A DNA stretch of 13,576 bases, counting the filler, from Candidatus Woesearchaeota archaeon (GTDB lineage: Archaea; Nanobdellota; Nanobdellia; Pacearchaeales; UBA284): assembly GCA_964354405.1 (NCBI GenBank). It is 11 parts of 11 records of this genome, joined end to end, with 100 filler letters (N's around TTAATTAATTAA, not from the genome) between each part and the next. Parts side by side here need not be neighbours in the genome. Positions count along the whole stretch, not along the records: positions 6,542 to 7,647 come from CAYGZP010000046.1; positions 7,748 to 8,845 come from CAYGZP010000047.1; positions 8,946 to 10,042 come from CAYGZP010000048.1; positions 10,143 to 11,229 come from CAYGZP010000049.1; positions 11,330 to 12,407 come from CAYGZP010000050.1; positions 12,508 to 13,576 come from CAYGZP010000051.1; 5 more parts are not named here. One strand, written 5' to 3'. Both the position numbers and the translations under genes were made by a program. Below the pieces are notes generated by a model. That model saw only the letters and a program-made list of their open reading frames with translations, had not been told where the DNA came from and did not search any database. The stretch's first letter is position 1, and every line of letters starts with the position of its first letter. Positions 7,043 through 13,576 of this stretch are shown here, one piece after another.

Positions 7043-7647
7043 TGTTTTTTAATTTGGAAATAAGAAATAACAGTTGAATCGGTAATTACCGCATTCTGAA
7101 TTGCAAAGATAATATATTGGTTAACTGTCCAATCAATATTTGAATTTGTTTGCACACCGTTGAAGTTACCTAAATCGCTAAATAAACTTGATGCTGCATT
7201 AATTGTTTGCGTTACAGTTGCACTTTTAACTAGGACTTGCCTTTCTGTTCCTAAGTAGTTGTTTGCCCCTGCTGATGTTGCGCTTGTTGCAATTAAAGTT
7301 GCTGCAGGTACAGTCAAAGAATCAGCTGTGTTGATGTACATTCTTAGAGTAGTTATACCAGTTGAGATTGTCTTTCCAAACCTTGATTTTATTTCTATAA
7401 TATCTCCTACTGCAAAGGTGTTAGCAGGTACTAATTGACTTACTACCTTCGTGTTTGCCGTTGTTCCTACAACCGCTGCTTGGTCAGTTGTGTTTTTGTA
7501 ATTTATTCCGCTTCCAATAGAATTTATCTGAGTTTGAATTGAAGATGTTACTCCTTTTACATAGCTTAACTCAGTTAGGCTTGGATATGTTGCAACTGGT
7601 AATGATGCTAATACTCTTGCAGCTGTAAAATATGCAATTTCATTTGC
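7039..7647 (-). CDS. Phage tail-fibre-like protein, C-terminal part (5'-truncated)
   Basis: Frame is open to the contig edge. Contains YPSLTELSYVKGVTSSIQTQIN (TELxYxxGVTSxIQTQ fibre-shaft-like motif) followed by a Thr/Ala/Ser-rich beta domain. Confidence 0.7.
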   Translation of the reverse strand, partial: ANEIAYFTAARVLASLPVATYPSLTELSYVKGVTSSIQTQINSIGSGINYKNTTDQAAVVGTTANTKVVSQLVPANTFAVGDIIEIKSRFGKTISTGITTLRMYINTADSLTVPAATLIATSATSAGANNYLGTERQVLVKSATVTQTINAASSLFSDLGNFNGVQTNSNIDWTVNQYIIFAIQNAVITDSTVISYFQIKKQ

Positions 7648-7747
7648 NNNNNNNNNNNNNNNNNNNNNNNNNNNNNNNNNNNNNNNNNNNNTTAATTAAT
7701 TAANNNNNNNNNNNNNNNNNNNNNNNNNNNNNNNNNNNNNNNNNNNN

Positions 7748-7978
7748 GTCCGGTCGCGTTTGTTGACAGCGACAAACGGCGTCTATAGCCTAACAGGTAA
7801 TTCGGCTACGATTACCTACACTCCGGTTGCGATTTCGTACACAATTACGGCGCTGAACGGGGTTTACAGTGTCTCGGGTCGGACGGCGGATATTACCTTT
7901 TCAGCCGCTCCGGCTCCTGTAGCCGTAAGCCAATACTTTATTGAAATCCGCACGTTTACAGACCGTAGGAGAATCTGA
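7748..7978 (+). CDS. Phage virion structural protein with 'LTAxxGxYSxxGxxAxITx' repeats, C-terminal part
   Basis: Two copies: LTATNGVYSLTGNSATITY and ITALNGVYSVSGRTADITF. TGATG coupling to the next gene. Confidence 0.6.
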   Translation, partial: VRSRLLTATNGVYSLTGNSATITYTPVAISYTITALNGVYSVSGRTADITFSAAPAPVAVSQYFIEIRTFTDRRRI

Positions 7979-8280
7979 TGTCCATTGCCCTAAAAGCCAT
8001 TACCACCCGGTTGGGGTACGAGCAGATTACGTCGCTGAGTTCCGCCACGGGCCTGACCGTCCCCACCACCGACCTGAACGGTCTGTCGTGCCGCCCGTCC
8101 ATCGCCATGATTACGCCTGAGACTCAGGCAGTCCGGTGGCGCGATGACGCTGCCCCGACCGCTTCCGTGGGTATGCCATTGGCTGCTGGTGTTACTCTCC
8201 AGTACGACGGCGACATCTCCAAAATTCAGTTTATTGAGCAGACCGCTGGCGCGAAACTCAACATCAGCTACTACGCCTAA
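7978..8280 (+). CDS. 100-aa beta-rich phage (putative structural) protein
   Basis: SD AGGAG upstream, translational coupling, motif AVRWRDDAAPTASVGMPL, consistent codon bias. Confidence 0.75.
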   Translation: MSIALKAITTRLGYEQITSLSSATGLTVPTTDLNGLSCRPSIAMITPETQAVRWRDDAAPTASVGMPLAAGVTLQYDGDISKIQFIEQTAGAKLNISYYA

Positions 8281-8289
8281 GGAACTACC

Positions 8290-8775
8290 ATGAACATCTC
8301 TGGCGATACCGGCAGCGTAGACTTTCTGAAGTTGGTGGAAGACCTCCCCAAGAACCTGGCGCAGATGGCGGCTCTCCGCGACGAACTTGCCAAGCGGCAG
8401 GGTGCGATGTCGGCTGTTGAGGACGCCGCTAAGGCCCGTGAGGAAGCCGCTGAGTACTCGGCTAAGGTCAAGGCTGACGCTGACGCCCTTAAGAACGATG
8501 CCAAGGGCAAGCACGACGCTGCCGTCAAGAAGGCAAAGGAACTGGAAGCCCGTGAGAAGGCGTTCAGTGACGCTGAGTCAGATGCCAAGGAAGCCCGCGA
8601 ACTGGCTGCCAAGGCGCTCTCAGCGCGTGAGAAGGCCGTTACTGCCCGCGAGGAAGCCGTTGCCAAGCGTGACGCAGACCTGCAAGCCAAGTCGGACGCT
8701 TACGACGCTGCCTTGGCGGCTTTTGACGAGCGTGTGAAGGCATTTCAGGCCAAGGTTTCGGCGCTCACCATTTAA
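8290..8775 (+). CDS. Ala/Lys/Glu-rich coiled-coil phage protein
   Basis: SD AAGGA. Repeated ARE(E/K/L)A units. Confidence 0.8.
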   Translation: MNISGDTGSVDFLKLVEDLPKNLAQMAALRDELAKRQGAMSAVEDAAKAREEAAEYSAKVKADADALKNDAKGKHDAAVKKAKELEAREKAFSDAESDAKEARELAAKALSAREKAVTAREEAVAKRDADLQAKSDAYDAALAAFDERVKAFQAKVSALTI

Positions 8776-8784
8776 GGAATCATC

Positions 8785-8845
8785 ATGGGCGTCAAAATCT
8801 CCAATCTCCCCTCCGCTACCTTGCCGCTGACTGGCGCGGAACTTG
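8785..8845 (+). CDS. 5' end of a phage tail fibre/spike-like protein (MGVKISNLPSATLPLTGAEL...)
   Basis: SD AAGGA. 'KISxLPxATxPLxGxE' is a common N-terminal motif of phage tail-associated proteins. Confidence 0.65.
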
Positions 8846-8945
8846 NNNNNNNNNNNNNNNNNNNNNNNNNNNNNNNNNNNNNNNNNNNNTTAATTAATTA
8901 ANNNNNNNNNNNNNNNNNNNNNNNNNNNNNNNNNNNNNNNNNNNN

Positions 8946-9017
8946 TCGATGCGCGTCTTCAATTTGGGGCCGAGCGGCGGAAAGTGCGCGGTGTGCGGGG
9001 CCAAGAGGCAGCTTTGA
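8946..9017 (+). CDS. C-terminal end of a small zinc-ribbon phage protein (…MRVFNLGPSGGKCAVCGAKRQL)
   Basis: CxxCG knuckle. The TGA stop overlaps the TTG start of the next gene. Confidence 0.5.
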   Translation, partial: SMRVFNLGPSGGKCAVCGAKRQL

Positions 9018-9187
9018 GCAGGACGGTCCGCCGCGTCGGCCTGTTCGGCGTGGTGTTCGCCGTGCTGGCGGCGTTCGGCGTCGTCGGGATGCCGGTCGCT
9101 GCGGCGACGGACCAGTGGTGCGAGGTTCCTGCGTTCCTTGCGCTTGCGCTCTGTGGTACGCTCGGCTATCTGGACGAAAGGCGCTGA
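9014..9187 (+). CDS. 57-aa two-TM membrane protein
   Basis: GAGG SD plus TTG start (TTGA overlap). Two hydrophobic segments. TGATG overlap with the HNH gene. Confidence 0.55.
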   Translation: MSRTVRRVGLFGVVFAVLAAFGVVGMPVAAATDQWCEVPAFLALALCGTLGYLDERR

Positions 9188-10042
9188 TGTCCAGGAAGTT
9201 GAACATCCGACCCGGATCGGTATTTGGACGTTGGACCGTCCTGCGAAGGGTCGCAGGAATAGGGCATACGCGCTGCTTGTGCCGATGCACCTGCGGAACG
9301 GAGAAGAGCGTGACGCAGACCTCCCTCGTCCAAGGGAGGACGAAGTCCTGTGGTTGCCTGCGCCATGCCCCGAGGACGTTCTCGCCGGAGACGAGGGCGA
9401 GGATGAGCGCCGCGCATCGACTTCGTCCCCTCCGATCTCTGGTCGGCCTGCGCTACGGTCGGTTGGTCGTCCTGGACGATGCCGGGTGGACAAGCCCATC
9501 CCCATCAGGCAAGCGTTGTCGCTTGGTTCTGTGCCGCTGCGACTGCGGCAACGAGAAGGTCGTGAGGTGCGGCAGCATCTCTGTCGGGGCATCCAGAACA
9601 AGCCTCGGAACGAGATCATGCGGCTGCCTGCAGAGCGAGAACGGACGGTATCAGGTAAGCCTCGCGCACGGCCGCATGACGATCCACGGCGAGTCGCATC
9701 CGATCACGCCCGAGTATCGATCCTACACCTCCATGAGGAACAGGTGCCTGAACAAGAACAACCGCCTATACCCATCGTATGGCGGACGAGGCATCCAGGT
9801 CTGCCGCAGATGGATGAAGTCCTATCTTGCATTTCTTGAGGACATGGGGAGGCGCCCTTCTCTCCGGCATTCGCTCGACAGGAGAAACAACGACGGCAAC
9901 TACACGCCGCACAACTGCCGATGGGCCACGCCGGAGCAGCAGAACCGCAACCGAGGGAAATACAACCGCCACGTGACGTGGAACGGCCAGACCAAGACCA
10001 TCTCGGAGTGGTCCTCGGAACTTCGCATCCCGTACCATCGGA
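9187..10042 (+). CDS. Phage HNH-type homing endonuclease with two Cys-rich repeats and a NUMOD3-like motif, 3'-truncated
   Basis: Two G.(F/Y)GR..VL...CRCxCGxEK.V...(K/R)SCGCL repeats. Nuclease region YRSYTSMRNRC...YGGRGIQVCRRW...SLDRRNNDGNYTPHNCRWAT. Confidence 0.88.
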
Positions 10043-10142
10043 NNNNNNNNNNNNNNNNNNNNNNNNNNNNNNNNNNNNNNNNNNNNTTAATTAATTAANN
10101 NNNNNNNNNNNNNNNNNNNNNNNNNNNNNNNNNNNNNNNNNN

Positions 10143-10245
10143 GGAGGGCGATGTTGACGGACGACGACATGAAGGGCGCGAGAAACGCGGCCACGGTCGA
10201 AACGATCAGGACCACGGCCTTGTTGGAGAACGCGGTGTCCGTCAT
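10143..10245 (-). CDS. 5' end of an MFS transporter (DHA2/EmrB-QacA-like), truncated
   Basis: MTDTAFSNKAVVLIVSTVAAFLAPFMSSSVNIAL.., matching the DHA2 TM1 'vNvALP' motif. Confidence 0.75.
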
Positions 10246-10257
10246 GAGATTAGGTTA

Positions 10258-11229
10258 TCATGGCCGGCCTCTTGGCGCGGCCAAAGGCAGCCGAGCTTTC
10301 AGCCATAGATTTCGGCGGTGATAAGCGACCAAGGCCTCACCGGGTTCGGATTCGAGAACTTCTCCGTTGGTCCGGAACCGGGCGGGTCTCCCCTTCTGCG
10401 CTTTCTCGAAATCCAGCTCAAGCCTCGATCCCCGGAAGGGAAACGAAGCCCGAATGCGCGTCATCCCGGGAAGAAGCCGCGGCCGGATGCGGAGGGCGTG
10501 CTCCTGAGGTTGAACGCCGAGGATGTGATGGACGAACAGGATGATCAGCTCGGCCCAGTTCCACGGCACGATCCCGACTTGAGGAAAAGGCGGGGCCAGC
10601 CGCCTTCCGTAAAACTCGAACCAGGAGCCGGCTTTTGCTCCGGGAACGGTGTTCAGCCAATTCAAGATGCGCCAGACTGTATTGAAATCTCCCGTTTCTA
10701 CGCACGCCCGCGCCACAAACAGAGATGGAAACGGCCAGGCGCCTGCCGAATCGGGCTCGGAGCTCGAATGGTACCGTCCGTAGCCTCCTCCTTTCCAGGC
10801 CTGGTTCCAAAGAGCTTCGAGAGAAGCCAATGTCCTGCGACAGAGTGGTGAATCAGGAGGCACAAATGCCATGGCGATGGGCAGGGCGACCGACGTATCG
10901 GGATTCAAAAAATGCTCGCCGGACCCGGCCAACGGCGCCTCGGACGGAAGCCCGGAATCGGGCAAAGCCTGGACTGTTTCCTGGACCTCACCGGCTAATC
11001 CTCGCCGTTTAATAAACCCGCGGTCATCCCACATCCGGAATTTCGGGTCTTCGAGCATCGATCGCTTGATCCGGGCCGCCTCGCTATCCCAGCGTCCGGC
11101 TTCCTTGGCCCGTCCCAGCAGCCGGGCCAGGACGGCCGCCGCTCGCAGCCCCTCCGATGTATAAAGCTGGTGGACGAGCTCGATCCCGGGTTGAATCCCG
11201 TGGGCGCGATGGCGTTCCCAGAATTCCCT
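10258..11229 (-). CDS. Six-hairpin (alpha/alpha)6 glycosidase-like protein (GH15/GH78/GH65-like clan), C-terminal part, 5'-truncated
   Basis: Frame is open to the edge (REFWERH...). Motifs GGYGRY...GAWPFPSLFVA...GSWFEFY...VPWNWAE, then 'ILGVQP...LRIRPRL' leading into a C-terminal beta domain. Confidence 0.7.
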   Translation of the reverse strand, partial: REFWERHRAHGIQPGIELVHQLYTSEGLRAAAVLARLLGRAKEAGRWDSEAARIKRSMLEDPKFRMWDDRGFIKRRGLAGEVQETVQALPDSGLPSEAPLAGSGEHFLNPDTSVALPIAMAFVPPDSPLCRRTLASLEALWNQAWKGGGYGRYHSSSEPDSAGAWPFPSLFVARACVETGDFNTVWRILNWLNTVPGAKAGSWFEFYGRRLAPPFPQVGIVPWNWAELIILFVHHILGVQPQEHALRIRPRLLPGMTRIRASFPFRGSRLELDFEKAQKGRPARFRTNGEVLESEPGEALVAYHRRNLWLKARLPLAAPRGRP

Positions 11230-11329
11230 NNNNNNNNNNNNNNNNNNNNNNNNNNNNNNNNNNNNNNNNNNNNTTAATTAATTAANNNNNNNNNNNNNNN
11301 NNNNNNNNNNNNNNNNNNNNNNNNNNNNN

Positions 11330-11551
11330 CGGAGCGCATGTCCCCTTCTTCACCTCAAACCCCCTCCGAGTGCGCTCCGTTGCATGATAATCATCGAGGA
11401 GGCGGGTCCTACCATTTCCCCCAAGGTCAACTATCAGACCCCCCGGCTGATAGGCATTCTCAACAGCCCGCCTTCTCGTCAATTAGTAGCGGGGCTCCCG
11501 AGGGTGTCGAGGAAGCAACGGATGATGCAATACGGGGGCCCCGCGTTTTTT
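11330..11551 (+). ncRNA. Candidate structured RNA / regulatory leader: three consecutive long-loop stems ending in a U-tract
   Basis: Stems 11330-11338/11371-11379 (9 bp), 11395-11406/11467-11478 (12 bp, enclosing 11431-11437/11447-11453) and 11489-11500/11533-11544 (12 bp), then GTTTTTT. Confidence 0.4.
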
Positions 11552-11577
11552 CTCTTGACAAGCCTGATGCAGCCGAA

Positions 11578-12198
11578 ATGCGCAACAGAACACAAACCCT
11601 CGCGGGCAAACGTTATCGGGAGAAGCACAAGGCCGAACGGGGCGCATATATGAAACATTATCGGGAGACACACAAGGCGGAAAGCGCCGCGTATCGCCAG
11701 GAGCACAAGACCCAAATTGCCGCAAGTATGAAGCGATATTACGAGCAATATCGGGCCGAATGTCTCGCACGTGCGAAGCAGTATTATCAGGAAAACAAAG
11801 CCGAACGGCTTGCATGTGCACACCAATACCAGCGGGAAAACAAGGCGAAGATCGCAACACAGAAGAAGCGATATCGTGAAGAGCATAAAACCGAACTTGC
11901 CGCACGGCTCAAACGATATCGGCAGACACCCAACGGCAAGGCAGTGAGCACCGCACACCACAGGAATCGTCGAGCACTGAAAAAGGCCAATGGTGAAAAA
12001 ATCACTACTCCTCAGTGGGAAATCATTCTTAAGACACACAAAAGCAGATGTTACTGGTGTGGCAAGAAAACGGACAAGACCACGATGGATCATGTGATTC
12101 CGCTGGCAAAAGGGGGCAAACATGTGCCGGAGAACATTGTGCCAGCGTGTTTATCATGCAATCTCCAAAAAGGCATTGATTTGCACACCTTGGTTTAG
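11578..12198 (+). CDS. HNH endonuclease (McrA-like Zn-HNH) with N-terminal 15-residue helical repeats
   Basis: CYWCG...TMDHVIPLAKGGKHVPENIVPACLSCNLQKG. About 7 YRxxHKxxxxA repeats. The start is uncertain. The listed upstream extension (11338-11577) runs through hairpins and is probably non-coding. Confidence 0.85.
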   Translation: MRNRTQTLAGKRYREKHKAERGAYMKHYRETHKAESAAYRQEHKTQIAASMKRYYEQYRAECLARAKQYYQENKAERLACAHQYQRENKAKIATQKKRYREEHKTELAARLKRYRQTPNGKAVSTAHHRNRRALKKANGEKITTPQWEIILKTHKSRCYWCGKKTDKTTMDHVIPLAKGGKHVPENIVPACLSCNLQKGIDLHTLV

Positions 12199-12220
12199 AA
12201 CGGTAGAAAATAGTGAATCA

Positions 12221-12369
12221 CAAACGTCAACCTCAAACAGAATGCAGCGCGCCGGAGCGTGCAGTTCGCGTTCTCTCTCTCGGCGAGGCGTTGCACCATG
12301 CTTTGAATCAAGGCTCGGAACTTGACCAGGACGTTGAACTCAATAACTGCTGGTACGCGGCGACGTTTG
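12221..12369 (+). ncRNA. Candidate multi-branched structured RNA / 5' leader
   Basis: Closing stem CAAACGTC/GACGTTTG encloses TGCAGCGC/GCGTTGCA, TCAAG/CTTGA and ACCAG/CTGGT stems. Confidence 0.35.
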
Positions 12370-12398
12370 GAATAGTCGAATAGGAAAGGAGAGACGAC

Positions 12399-12407
12399 AT
12401 GAACAAA
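12399..12407 (+). CDS. Start of a downstream gene (MNK...), truncated
   Basis: Strong SD GAAAGGAG upstream of ATG 12399. Confidence 0.5.
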
Positions 12408-12555
12408 NNNNNNNNNNNNNNNNNNNNNNNNNNNNNNNNNNNNNNNNNNNNTTAATTAATTAANNNNNNNNNNNNNNNNNNNNNNNNNNNNNNNNNNNNN
12501 NNNNNNNCCCAAGCGCAGATGAGATGGCAGCAACGACGAGGGAGAAACCGATCAT

Positions 12556-12693
12556 ATGATCCCCCCGCCCCCGCGCCCGTACTGCAAGACCTGCCAGGGA
12601 CCCGTAAGGAACATCTCCAGGACCGGGGAGCCGGTCTGGGAATGCGAAAATTGTCATATCGTTTGGTTGAACAGCGAGGTGGTGTGGAGATGA
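12556..12693 (+). CDS. 45-aa zinc-ribbon protein (not in the ORF track)
   Basis: MIPPPPRPYCKTCQGPVRNISRTGEPVWECENCHIVWLNSEVVWR. ATGA overlaps at both ends. GAGGGAG upstream. Confidence 0.7.
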   Translation: MIPPPPRPYCKTCQGPVRNISRTGEPVWECENCHIVWLNSEVVWR

Positions 12694-13571
12694 ACATCCT
12701 CATGCTCGATACCGACAGCAAGTGGGGCAACCTCTACCTCATGCAATTATCCGCGCATCATAAACAGAGAGGAGATGAGGTTTCAATGATCGAACGAGGC
12801 GATCCTGATAAAGTATATATTTCCTGTTTATTCACGAAGAATCGTTCTAAAGCATTAGGTATCGCAAAGATGTTCACATGCCCCGTTCTGATTGGTGGAA
12901 CAGGCATCAATTTCGAATGCGGGGATAAGAACATAGTGCGATTGAAGCCAGACTATGATTTGTACCCCAGCAAAGAATCATTAGGCAGGACGACATTGGG
13001 ATGCATTCGCAAGTGCCCCTGGTGCGTCGTGCCGGAGAAAGAGGGGCATATCCAGAAATGGATGCATCCGAGCGAGTTCTACGATGAACGGTTTGATGTC
13101 ATTCACCTGCTCGACAACAACATCCTCGCTATGCCTGATTGGTTTATGGAGACATCGAACTGGATCATCGACCACGACCTGAAATTGCATGAGGGGGGTA
13201 TGGATATACGCCTATTGACCCCCAAATTGGCTAGACAACTTCGGAGGGTAAAATTCACCGGATTGCTTCACTTCGCATGGGACTTGCCGAGAACGGAAAA
13301 GGAGGTCTTGCGCGGGATCCAATTATTGAAAGATGCAGGATTCGATACACGAAGGGAGACCTCGGTTTACATCCTAACTAATTTCAATACTTCAATCAAA
13401 GAGGACTTGCATCGAATCATCACCCTTCGGAATTTAGATGTCAGCCCCTTCGTAATGCTCTATGGAAAATATGATAAATTGCACCATGACCTCGCTCGCC
13501 GTGTGAATCGCAAGGCGATCTTTTGGTCGGATACATGGCTCGATGGATTCAAAAATGAGGTGGTGAGATGA
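12690..13571 (+). CDS. Radical SAM protein of the virus/prophage-associated type with a reduced B12-binding-like N-terminal domain
   Basis: CxxxCxxC in RTTLGCIRKCPWCVVPEKEG. Also NLYLMQLSAHHKQRGDEV, VYISCLF, IGGTG, LLDNN, GMDIRL and FAWD. True start is ATG 12690 after GAGGTGGTG. Confidence 0.88.
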   Translation: MNILMLDTDSKWGNLYLMQLSAHHKQRGDEVSMIERGDPDKVYISCLFTKNRSKALGIAKMFTCPVLIGGTGINFECGDKNIVRLKPDYDLYPSKESLGRTTLGCIRKCPWCVVPEKEGHIQKWMHPSEFYDERFDVIHLLDNNILAMPDWFMETSNWIIDHDLKLHEGGMDIRLLTPKLARQLRRVKFTGLLHFAWDLPRTEKEVLRGIQLLKDAGFDTRRETSVYILTNFNTSIKEDLHRIITLRNLDVSPFVMLYGKYDKLHHDLARRVNRKAIFWSDTWLDGFKNEVVR

Positions 13572-13576
13572 CCCGC

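Noticed and set aside
7990..11164. Long antisense or alternate-frame ORFs in F7, F8 and F9
   Set aside because: They overlap well-supported genes, have Arg/Ser/Pro-rich shadow composition, and lack start signals.
11338..11577. 80-aa N-terminal extension of the HNH ORF
   Set aside because: Low-complexity Pro/Ser-rich translation running through stable hairpins and a U-tract. More likely non-coding.
11330..12198. IscB/HEARO (OMEGA) system, suggested by GTCAACTA and TGTCGAGG words upstream of an HNH gene
   Set aside because: The protein has no PLMP/RRXRR N-terminus or split RuvC motifs, and the matching words are too short to be diagnostic.
12370..12377. GAATAGTC as the group I intron S/P7' element around the HNH ORF
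   Set aside because: No complementary GACTA (R/P7) element was found in the non-coding parts of the fragment, and no exons are recognisable.
12519..12689. 57-aa N-terminal extension of the radical SAM ORF
   Set aside because: The region is better explained by the coupled Zn-ribbon gene in another frame. The SD and family N-terminus point to ATG 12690.

Overview
This window is not one locus. It is a concatenation of 11 unrelated short metagenomic contigs joined by an artificial 100-bp spacer (44 N + TTAATTAATTAA + 44 N) and ordered by decreasing length: F1 1-1246, F2 1347-2554, F3 2655-3862, F4 3963-5161, F5 5262-6441, F6 6542-7647, F7 7748-8845, F8 8946-10042, F9 10143-11229, F10 11330-12407, F11 12508-13576. 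Gene context is valid only within a fragment. F1: Bacteroidota-phage DNA polymerase 3' end (terminal QLSLF clamp motif) plus an RHH-NUMOD4-HNH-NUMOD1 endonuclease with its own promoter. F2: complete EF-Tu. F3: phage-like operon of small genes behind a strong sigma70 promoter with a palindrome, including a zinc-ribbon gene that lacks a canonical start. F4: archaeal-type DDE transposase. F5: giant-virus or virophage-like GIY-YIG gene with AAAATTGA, a hairpin and 9-bp repeats. F6 and F7: phage tail and lysis regions. F8 and F10: HNH endonucleases, with F10 flanked on both sides by densely base-paired non-coding sequence. F9: six-hairpin glycosidase and an MFS transporter. F11: virus-type radical SAM operon. 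The best leads for something undescribed are the structured-RNA-flanked repeat HNH in F10, the 15/11-residue helical repeat shared by the HNH and GIY-YIG nucleases, and the regulation of F3. All family calls come from motif recognition by eye, with no database searches.
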